From assembly GCA_016183535.1 (NCBI GenBank), contig JACPEK010000004.1, positions 73,013 through 137,012 of the forward strand: DNA of 64,000 nucleotides. The letters run 5' to 3'. This stretch comes from Candidatus Brennerbacteria bacterium (GTDB taxonomy: Bacteria; Patescibacteriota; Minisyncoccia; UBA6257; GWB1-50-10). The translations under genes and the position numbers were made by a program. Numbering within the stretch: the first letter of the stretch is position 1; each line of letters begins with the position of its first letter. The notes under the pieces are model-generated. The model was not told the DNA's origin and ran no database searches. It saw only the letters and a list, made by a program, of their open reading frames with translations. Positions 20,269 to 28,148 of the stretch are shown piece by piece.

Positions 20269-21464
20269 TCTCAAACGGGATGAAATTATTACATTCCATT
20301 TACCATTTTCTATGGGCGTTTTTTGCAAACGTTTTTTATGGGAACCCGAGTCATAAACTCACAGTCGTGGGCGTGACCGGCACGAAAGGCAAATCCACCA
20401 CTGTGGAACTCTTGGCCGCTATTTTTGGCGCGGCGGGGGAAACGACGGCGTTTCTTTCGTCGGTGCGGATGAAAATAGGGGGTGCAGTGGAAATAAATCG
20501 CACGGGAAACAGCATGCCCGGGCGCGGGCGCCTCCAAAAGTTTCTCTGGCGTGCCGCATCTGCCGGATGCCGCTACGCATTCATCGAAGTCACCTCGCAG
20601 GGCGTGGTTCAGCACCGTCATCGTTTTATGGAGTGGGACGGGGGTATTTTCACGAACCTTGCGCCGGAGCATATCGAGTCGCACGGCTCATTCGAAGCCT
20701 ACCGCGAGGCAAAGCTCTCATTTTTTCGTTTCCTCGCCTTGTCACCGAAAGAGAATAAAATTGCGGTGGTGAACGCCGACGATTCCGCGGCGTCCCTTTT
20801 CGTTGGGGCCGCGCGGGGCGCACGCGTGATGGCGGTTTCGGCGGCGAAATTCAGTCGAGAGCTTGAACTTACAGGTGAATGGATCACCGTTCCTGTGAAT
20901 CTTGAAAACGCCGCACTCGCCACGGCCTATGCGGAAGAAAAAAGTATTTCACGGGGCGCGATTCGAAAAGCACTCGATGCGTTTCAAGGCGTGCCGGGAA
21001 GGATGGAATACGTGAGAAAAAAGCCGTTTGCGGTCGTGGTGGACTACGCACATACACCGGATTCCCTCTCCCGTCTTTATGAATTTTTAAAAAAAGAGAA
21101 CCAGGGACGCCTCATCGGTGTGCTCGGCGCCGCGGGAGGAGGACGTGATACGTGGAAACGGCCCGCCATGGGGCGCATCGCCGCGCAGTTCTGCGATGTC
21201 GTCATCCTCACGAACGAGGACCCTTACGATGAGGATCCCGGTCAGATTCTCTCGGAAATAGAATCTGGAATTTTCAATTTTCAAGGTTCAATTTTCAAAA
21301 TCCTCGATCGGCGGGAGGCACTCCAAAAAGCTGTGTCGCTCGCGAAGCCCGGCGATGTCGTCGTCGCAACCGGAAAAGGGAGCGAATCCGCGATCCGCCT
21401 CGCGCGCCGGAAGGTAATTTTTTGGGACGAGTCGGCGGAACTCGAAACAATCTTGCGGCGATGA
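20265..21464 (+). CDS. Mur ligase family protein
   Basis: VGVTGTKGKSTT P-loop, DYAHTPDSL middle-domain signature, C-terminal domain. Specific substrate not assignable. Confidence 0.7.
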   Translation: MISNGMKLLHSIYHFLWAFFANVFYGNPSHKLTVVGVTGTKGKSTTVELLAAIFGAAGETTAFLSSVRMKIGGAVEINRTGNSMPGRGRLQKFLWRAASAGCRYAFIEVTSQGVVQHRHRFMEWDGGIFTNLAPEHIESHGSFEAYREAKLSFFRFLALSPKENKIAVVNADDSAASLFVGAARGARVMAVSAAKFSRELELTGEWITVPVNLENAALATAYAEEKSISRGAIRKALDAFQGVPGRMEYVRKKPFAVVVDYAHTPDSLSRLYEFLKKENQGRLIGVLGAAGGGRDTWKRPAMGRIAAQFCDVVILTNEDPYDEDPGQILSEIESGIFNFQGSIFKILDRREALQKAVSLAKPGDVVVATGKGSESAIRLARRKVIFWDESAELETILRR

Positions 21465-22819
21465 CCCTCACTTTTCTCGGTGGCGCAAAATCCGTAACGG
21501 GCGCGGAATACCTTCTCGAGTCCGGCGGGACGAAAATACTCGTCGATTGCGGCTTGGCGCAGGGCGGACGATATGCCGAAGGGGCGAACTGGAGACCGTT
21601 CTCCTATAATCCACGCTCGCTCGCGGCGGTTTTGGTTACCCATGCCCACATTGATCACGTCGGACGCATCCCGAAGCTCGTGAGAGAGGGATTTGGAGGA
21701 TTCGTCTATTCCACGCCTCCCACGCGGGATTTTGTCGAGATACTCCTTCTTGATTCAGAACATATCTTGAGTATGGAGGCCGAGGAAAAACACCTCCCTC
21801 CGCTCTACACCGCGGAAGATGTAGCGCACGCAGGAGAGTTCTGGCGTGGAGTCCGCTACCACGAGCCGTTCACGGTGGGACCCTTCAGTATCGAGTTTTT
21901 TGATGCGGGACATGTGCTCGGATCAAGTTTTGTGAGTGTGTGTGCCGACGGAAGGCGGATTGTTTTCTCCGGTGATCTCGGAAACGCTCCCGCTCCCTTT
22001 ATTCGCCCGCGCGAGCCGCTTTCTGCGAACGTGGATTTTGTGATGGTCGAATCGGTATACGGAGGGCGCGTGCACGAGGCGGTAGATACGCGTCGCGGCG
22101 CGCTTGAAAACCTGATTGAGGACACCGTGAAGACGCGCGGCGTGCTTATGATTCCGGCGTTTGCGCTCGAGCGCACACAGGAACTGCTCTATGAGTTAAA
22201 CGCGCTCGTCGAAGAGGGGCGCATCCCGAAAACGCCGATTTTCATTGATAGCCCTCTCGCGATCAAACTCACGAGCGTATACGAGAAATATTCCCGCGAT
22301 CCGCTCTACATGAACCGCGAAGCGATCGTGAAGATGAAAGCGGGGGATGCGATCTTCAACTTTCCCGGACTCGCGCTCACGCTTACGAAAGAACAGTCGA
22401 AAGCGATTAACGATGTGCCGCCGCCCAAGGTAATCGTGGCGGGTTCGGGGATGTCGCAAGGCGGACGCATCCTTCACCACGAGGCGCGTTATCTCTCTGA
22501 TCCCGCGAGCGTCATTCTTTTTGTGGGGCACCAAGCAAAAGGCTCGCTGGGACGACAGATTCTCGACGGAGCGAGTGAAGTTACCATACGAAGCGTAAAG
22601 GTCCCGGTGCGGGCGCGAGCGGTTCAAATATCGGGATATTCCGCGCACGCCGATCAGCCACAGATTTTAGAATGGCTCTCCGGCGCGCGGGGAAACCTCC
22701 GAAGAGCGTTTGTGGTGCAGGGAGAAGAAGAAGAAGCGAACGCACTTGCGCAAAAAATCCGCGACGAACTCGCAGTTGCGACTCATGTCCCGTCGCCGGG
22801 GGAAGCGGTGGTGCTGTAA
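21422..22819 (+). CDS. MBL-fold beta-CASP family hydrolase (RNA-processing nuclease-like)
   Basis: HAHIDHVGRIP motif plus beta-CASP region. 465 aa. Confidence 0.7.
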   Translation: MGRVGGTRNNLAAMTLTFLGGAKSVTGAEYLLESGGTKILVDCGLAQGGRYAEGANWRPFSYNPRSLAAVLVTHAHIDHVGRIPKLVREGFGGFVYSTPPTRDFVEILLLDSEHILSMEAEEKHLPPLYTAEDVAHAGEFWRGVRYHEPFTVGPFSIEFFDAGHVLGSSFVSVCADGRRIVFSGDLGNAPAPFIRPREPLSANVDFVMVESVYGGRVHEAVDTRRGALENLIEDTVKTRGVLMIPAFALERTQELLYELNALVEEGRIPKTPIFIDSPLAIKLTSVYEKYSRDPLYMNREAIVKMKAGDAIFNFPGLALTLTKEQSKAINDVPPPKVIVAGSGMSQGGRILHHEARYLSDPASVILFVGHQAKGSLGRQILDGASEVTIRSVKVPVRARAVQISGYSAHADQPQILEWLSGARGNLRRAFVVQGEEEEANALAQKIRDELAVATHVPSPGEAVVL

Positions 22820-22897
22820 GAAAAATTTAAAAATTAAATGATTAGTTATTCAATCTTTCAATCCTTCAACCTTTCCCATTTGTGATAAGATTAAAAT

Positions 22898-23518
22898 ATG
22901 AAAAAGAATAACAACGCGCCGCCTCGCAATCATAACCACCACCACTCGCTCAAGTACAAATTCTGCGTCTCGGGCGCCGCGGAAACCGGTCATTGCCCGC
23001 CGGACGCTTTGGAGCGCGCGGAACAGTTAGGAAAAGCGATCGCGGAGCGCGGACTCGTGCTCATGACGGGCGCTACCACCGGCATTCCTTATTGGTCGGC
23101 GAAGGGCGCGAAGGCGGCGGGCGGCACGGTGATAGGGCTCTCGCCCGCGGCATCCAAAGTAGCGCATCTTAAGACTTATCACTTGCCCCTCGACTACCAC
23201 GACGTGGTCGTGTACACCGGGTTCGAATATTCGGGGAGAAACCTTCTCCTCACGCGCTCATCGGACGCGGTAATTGTGGTGTGCGGACGCATTGGCACTT
23301 TGAATGAGTTCACCATTGCATTCGAAGACGATAAACCAATCGGGGTTCTCGAGGGATCGGGAGGCACCGCTGACATGCTCCGCGAGCTCCTCGCAAAATC
23401 ACACCGTGGAATGGGGAAGGTGATATTTGCGAAGGATCCGGAAACACTCGTCGCGCGCCTCCTTGACCTTGTGGAATCCGAGGAAGAAAAGAACGGCGTG
23501 AAAGGTCGAATATTGTAG
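22898..23518 (+). CDS. Rossmann-fold LOG/TIGR00725-like nucleotide-binding protein
   Basis: Gly-rich LMTGATTGIPYWSAKGAKAAGGTVIGL and ExGGTxxE motif. His-rich N-terminus. Confidence 0.5.
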   Translation: MKKNNNAPPRNHNHHHSLKYKFCVSGAAETGHCPPDALERAEQLGKAIAERGLVLMTGATTGIPYWSAKGAKAAGGTVIGLSPAASKVAHLKTYHLPLDYHDVVVYTGFEYSGRNLLLTRSSDAVIVVCGRIGTLNEFTIAFEDDKPIGVLEGSGGTADMLRELLAKSHRGMGKVIFAKDPETLVARLLDLVESEEEKNGVKGRIL

Positions 23519-23614
23519 AAAATCCTAAGCACAAAATTCTTACGAACTCATTTTGTAAATTGGAGTTTTAAATTTGTTTAGGATTGAAATATTTAGATTT
23601 AGAGTTTAACTAAA

Positions 23615-23914
23615 ATGGGATTTTTTTCATCGCTCTTCTCGAAAAAATCATCTCTCTCGTCGGAGCCGCTTGGAAAACCAATCGGCGAGGTAACGCACTA
23701 TTTCGGGGGCATCAAAGTCGCGATCGTGCGATTCACGAAACCGGTCGGGGTGGGCGCGAAACTCCGTTTTAAGGGCGCGACCTCTGATTTCGTCGAAACC
23801 ATCCACTCCATGCAATACGACCACCACGACATTGCTGAAGCAAAGAAAGGGCAAGAAGTCGGCATTAAAGTGGGAAAGAAAGTCAGAGAAGGCGACAAAG
23901 TTTACGAGGAGTAA
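23615..23914 (+). CDS. small hypothetical protein
   Basis: 99-aa ORF. No motifs. Confidence 0.3.
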   Translation: MGFFSSLFSKKSSLSSEPLGKPIGEVTHYFGGIKVAIVRFTKPVGVGAKLRFKGATSDFVETIHSMQYDHHDIAEAKKGQEVGIKVGKKVREGDKVYEE

Positions 23915-23925
23915 AAGAATTTTCA

Positions 23926-25040
23926 TGAGCGGACGATCTATACTTGCCGCGGGCATGCTCGCGGGGACTATTATCGGAGCCGGTGTGTTCGCCTTGCCGT
24001 ATGTGGTAGGAACAGTGGGTATTGCCACAGGCCTTTTTTATTTGTGCGGCGCGGCGCTCGTGTACTATGTGGTGCATCGCATGTATGCGGCGGTACTCGC
24101 GGAAGCTCCGCGTGGAACCCAATTTTTCGGGCTCGCGCGTATGCTATTCTCTCCGCGCGTTGCGCCGCTCGCCTCGTACCTCATACTAGGCGAACTTCTT
24201 TTCGTGATGGTGGTGTATCTCGCGCTCGCCCCCGCCTTTATAGAACTCCTCGTACCTTGGCCGCGGGAAACCGCCGTCGCGTTTTTTTGGTTCTTTGGTT
24301 CGCTTTTTGTTTTTGCGCGCCTCGTGTGGCAGGGTGTTGCAGAACTTTTAGGAACACTTTTCATCGCGGGTATTGTGGGAGTGGTGCTTTTCGCGGGCGG
24401 CGCGGCGCCGCTCGCCGCGCCCGCCTTCCGTCCACTCGATCCTTCCTTGTTTTTTTTGCCGCTCGGCCCGCTCCTTTTCTCGTTCTCGGGGCGCCCCGCG
24501 CTCCATGCGGTGGTGGAAGAATGGCGTCGCGCAAAGGAGGAACATAAAGCATTTTCTCTCCGTCGCGTTATCGCATGGGGGACATTCATCCCCGCCGCGG
24601 TGTACTCAATTTTCATTGTCGCGGTATTGCGTCTTGCGCCCGATGTCGCGCCCGAGGCGCTCGCGAGTCTTCAGTCACTCCCGCTAGGGCTCCTCGCGGC
24701 GCTTGGCGGCATGGGGCTTGTCACGCTTTGGACCTCGTACTTTATGATCGGCTCAAACGTGAAAGATATCGTACATCTTGATCTCAAGCTCCCCGCGTGG
24801 GCGGGCGCGCTCCTCACACTCGCCGCGCCGCTCGGAATTTATCTCGCGGGTTTCAATACCTTTTTCTCCGCCATTGCGTTCACCGGAAGCGTATTTCTCG
24901 GGCTTGAGGGAATTTTAGTGGTAATGCTTTGGCGCCGCGCGTTTCCTGTTCACCGTTTCCGCGCGCTCGCCGCGCCGCTCGCACTCGTCTTTATGGCCGC
25001 GCTTGGATATGAGCTCCTCTCCCGCTTCAGCCTCGTATGA
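23926..25040 (+). CDS. amino acid permease-like membrane transporter
   Basis: About 11-12 TM helices. Start taken at the internal ATG (MSGRSILAAG); the track ORF begins at 23832 and overlaps the preceding gene. Confidence 0.55.
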
Positions 25041-26398
25041 GAAAAAAAATTTTTCGGTGGGTGGTGCTCGCGTTTATTTTTTCAATTCCGTTTGGCACGA
25101 AGAAGTTTCTTTTCTCGTTCGCCGCGCCGTTCGAAAATTTCTACACCCATGAATACGCCGCGGCGTTCCTTTTTGGAACAGACCTTCTCGTATTTGCGGT
25201 GCTTTTTATGTTTTGGTTCGTAGCGTGGCGCTCCGTCATCAATAAGTCGGATTTGTCCTATGGGACAGACAAGATTGGTATGTGGTGCAGGACTAATAGA
25301 GCGGGGTGCTTACTCGGGGCATTTCTTTTCCTCGCGCTTCTTTCGATCGTGTTTGCTGATTATCCGGCGTTCGCATGGTATTCGTTTCTCCGTCTCGCCC
25401 TCGCAGTTTCCGCGGGGTACGCGCTTGCATGGGCGGTGAGAGCTCGGGTCGTTGCCGTGCGGCATCTTATGAGCGCGTTCGCGCTCTCCGCAGTGTTTCA
25501 ATCACTCGTCGCGTTTTTTCAATTCGGATTCCAAAAAAGCGCGGGTCTTTGGTGGCTCGGCGAGACTACCGTGCTTGGACCCTCGACCCCCGGCGTTGCC
25601 TCAATCGCGGCCGACGGGATGCGATTTCTTCGCGCTTACGGTACGCTCTCGCACGCGAACATCCTCGCGGGATTCCTTATTCTCGGACTTCTCGCGCTCT
25701 CCTATCTTTTTCTTATCGCGGAAAAGACGCGTGGACGCGCGCTTGCCGTCGCGGGCATAGTGGCGGTCGAGACGGGACTTCTCCTCACGTTTTCGCGTTC
25801 GGGGTGGATTGTGGCGGCGCTTGCGCTCGCGGCGTTTTTTGTGTTCGCGCTCACTCGCGCCACCTACCGTCCGCGCGCACTCTCGCTTTTATTTTCTGTT
25901 GTGTTTTCTCTTACGCTTCTCATTGGCGCTCTTCAGTTTGCGGTATTGCCTCGCGCGCGCCTTGTGACAGACGAGGGTCCGGTTTCTGATCGGTGGCGCA
26001 TGAACAAACTCAGTGTCGCGCTTGTCGTCGAGAGGCCGTGGGGCGTAGGCATCGGCAATGAACTTTTCTTTGCGTATGATCATGACCGGTTCCGTGAATT
26101 CGAACTTCCCGCGCGAGGGCAATGGCAACCCACCCACAACCTTTTCCTCCTTATTGGATCCGAGATTGGAATTGTCGGATTGATCGCATTTTTGTTTTTT
26201 GTTTTTATATTGTTGTTTGAAAATTTGAAATTGAAAATTGAAAATTCAATAGTAGCGCTCATGCTGTGCGCGTTACTATTATTTGGTCTCCTCGATCATT
26301 TTCTTTTGGACCTCCACGCCGGCCGTTTGATGTTGTGGGCGATCATCGGAATGGCGATGGGGGCGCGCAACACGCCACAGGAGAGAGTGATCGCATAA
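25037..26398 (+). CDS. O-antigen ligase / Wzy-like polymerase family membrane protein
   Basis: Polytopic membrane protein with a large periplasmic loop and a LTFSRSGW motif typical of O-antigen ligase (Wzy_C). Confidence 0.6.
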   Translation: MRKKIFRWVVLAFIFSIPFGTKKFLFSFAAPFENFYTHEYAAAFLFGTDLLVFAVLFMFWFVAWRSVINKSDLSYGTDKIGMWCRTNRAGCLLGAFLFLALLSIVFADYPAFAWYSFLRLALAVSAGYALAWAVRARVVAVRHLMSAFALSAVFQSLVAFFQFGFQKSAGLWWLGETTVLGPSTPGVASIAADGMRFLRAYGTLSHANILAGFLILGLLALSYLFLIAEKTRGRALAVAGIVAVETGLLLTFSRSGWIVAALALAAFFVFALTRATYRPRALSLLFSVVFSLTLLIGALQFAVLPRARLVTDEGPVSDRWRMNKLSVALVVERPWGVGIGNELFFAYDHDRFREFELPARGQWQPTHNLFLLIGSEIGIVGLIAFLFFVFILLFENLKLKIENSIVALMLCALLLFGLLDHFLLDLHAGRLMLWAIIGMAMGARNTPQERVIA

Positions 26399-26460
26399 CA
26401 CACGAGGGGATGTTATACTTGGGTATAACATTTTGCCCTGTGGGGCGGTGTCGGACAGAT

Positions 26461-26886
26461 ATGAAATCAACGCAACCAAACCACCCGTCTTCAAGAAACG
26501 CGCTCGTGCGATTGGCGTGGGATTCGTTTGTGCGAAGAATCGCGCGCGCCGCCACGCGGGGCGAAGTGGAACGCGCGCTCGCAATTTTCCTTACTTCGAA
26601 CGAACGCGCCAAAATCGCCGCGCGCGGGGCGGCGATACAGTTGCTCCAGGAAGGAAAAAGCTACCGTAAAATCGGTGATATGCTTTGGCTCTCGCCGGCG
26701 ATAATAAGCGCTCTGAAGAAAAGCTTACGTGAAGGCAAGGGGTATGTGCCGCGCGCCGCGCGTTGGAAAACCGCGGGACGGAAGAAAAAACAGTATGCGC
26801 CCTCACCGTTTCATCGCGCGCCGGATATAATCACAACCGCGCCTTCCGGCACGCGCGCATTCCCACGCCGGGTTCACGTACGATAG
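26461..26886 (+). CDS. TrpR/YerC-like DNA-binding protein
   Basis: Trp-repressor-like HTH (KSYRKIGDMLWLSPAIISALKKSL). Start taken at the internal ATG (MKSTQ); the track ORF 26266.. overlaps the previous gene. Confidence 0.5.
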   Translation: MKSTQPNHPSSRNALVRLAWDSFVRRIARAATRGEVERALAIFLTSNERAKIAARGAAIQLLQEGKSYRKIGDMLWLSPAIISALKKSLREGKGYVPRAARWKTAGRKKKQYAPSPFHRAPDIITTAPSGTRAFPRRVHVR

Positions 26887-26896
26887 CGTCAGATTT

Positions 26897-26971
26897 TGGT
26901 GCCCTCGGCTGGAATCGAACCAGCATCTCCTCCTTCGGAGGGAGATATCCTATCCATTGAACGACGAGGGC
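26897..26971 (-). tRNA. tRNA-Arg (anticodon CCG)
   Basis: Manual fold: acceptor GCCCTCG/CGAGGGC, anticodon loop CUCCGAA, T-loop TTCGATT, CCA encoded. Confidence 0.8.
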
Positions 26972-27026
26972 ATTTTTTTACCTCATCAATGTAATCTTAA
27001 GAAGAAATTTTTTCAATGTAACGCGG

Positions 27027-27070
27027 CCCCCGTCAGGGTACTATACTTAAGTATAGTACCCTGACGGGGG
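27027..27070. repeat. 44-bp perfect palindrome (member of CTATACTTAAGTATAG-core family)
   Basis: CCCCCGTCAGGGTACTATACTT|AAGTATAGTACCCTGACGGGGG, located 25 nt upstream of the UDG start. Confidence 0.8.
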
Positions 27071-27095
27071 TGAGGTTCACTATAATGGTTTCATT

Positions 27096-27716
27096 ATGGA
27101 CAAGTTGGAAGAGCTCAAGAAATTAGAAGCGGAGATGGAGGCAGATGCGGTGCTTCCCTTGCGGGGCGGAAATCTCGTCTTTGGCGAGGGCGACCCCGAT
27201 GCGGCGGTGTGTTTCATCGGAGAAGCGCCGGGGTTTCACGAAGACCAACAAAAGCGCCCGTTTGTGGGGCGCGCGGGCCAGCTTTTGAACAAACTTATCG
27301 AAGAACTTAATTGGAAACGCGAACAGGTGTATATCACGAACATTGTGAAACGCCGCCCACCCGAGAACCGCGACCCGTCGCCGGAGGAAATCGAGGCGTA
27401 CCGGCCGTACCTCGCTCGCCAGGTCGAGATGGTAAAACCGAAGATCGTGGCACCCCTCGGAAGGTTTTCCATGAATTACTTCCTTCCGGCGGGGAAGATC
27501 ACGCGCGACCAAGGGAAACTTTTCAGGGTGGGGAACTACCTCGTGTATCCGCTTTTCCATCCCGCGGCGGCCCTGCGGAGCACGGAAACACTCGCGCGCT
27601 TGCGGGAAAGCTTCGCAAAACTACCGGGTATTCTTGCGCGGTATGAAGAACTTTTTGCAAAAAACGCTACCTCGGAAGCATCTCCCGCGGTTTCCCAAAC
27701 TTCGCTCTTCACCTAG
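27096..27716 (+). CDS. uracil-DNA glycosylase, family 4
   Basis: GEAPGFHEDQQKRPFVGRAGQLL motif (family 4 UDG). Confidence 0.85.
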   Translation: MDKLEELKKLEAEMEADAVLPLRGGNLVFGEGDPDAAVCFIGEAPGFHEDQQKRPFVGRAGQLLNKLIEELNWKREQVYITNIVKRRPPENRDPSPEEIEAYRPYLARQVEMVKPKIVAPLGRFSMNYFLPAGKITRDQGKLFRVGNYLVYPLFHPAAALRSTETLARLRESFAKLPGILARYEELFAKNATSEASPAVSQTSLFT

Positions 27717-27791
27717 CTTCTCTTCGCGGTACGCGTCGGGAGGCAAAGGTTCTCCGCGCGTCCGGATCGGTTTGCGGCTATAATAAATGCG

Positions 27792-28148
27792 ATGACCGCC
27801 GTATTTGTCTATATCATCCGCCGGTTGCGCTACCGAATCGCGGAATTCTTCCGCCACTGGTATGTGAAGAGCGTGCGGATGTATTTCAACTTCATCCTTG
27901 ATTGCCTCGCGCGCCTTGATTATGTCCTTGCGTGGCGCATCACCGCACGACATCTTTTCGAGCCGCTCTATAAAGACTATTCGTTCGTGGGATACGTGCT
28001 CGGATTTGTATTCCGAAGTGTTCGCCTCCTCGTGGCAGGCATGGTTTATGCCGCGCTCTTCGGGGTGGCGCTCGGCAGTTATTTTGTGTGGCTCCTCATT
28101 CCTCCGTTGCTCCTTATCCTTGCATTCGCGCCCCCTCTTCTTCTATGA
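27792..28148 (+). CDS. small membrane protein
   Basis: 118 aa with 3 predicted TM helices. Overlaps the start of the Clp-like ATPase gene. Confidence 0.35.
   Translation: MTAVFVYIIRRLRYRIAEFFRHWYVKSVRMYFNFILDCLARLDYVLAWRITARHLFEPLYKDYSFVGYVLGFVFRSVRLLVAGMVYAALFGVALGSYFVWLLIPPLLLILAFAPPLLL

Noticed and set aside
26195-26245. GAAAATTGAAAATTGAAAATTC tandem repeats as a possible CRISPR or VNTR
   Set aside because: Only 3 short units, inside an open reading frame, with no spacers. Treated as part of the AT-rich in-frame tract family instead. No CRISPR array was seen anywhere in the window.
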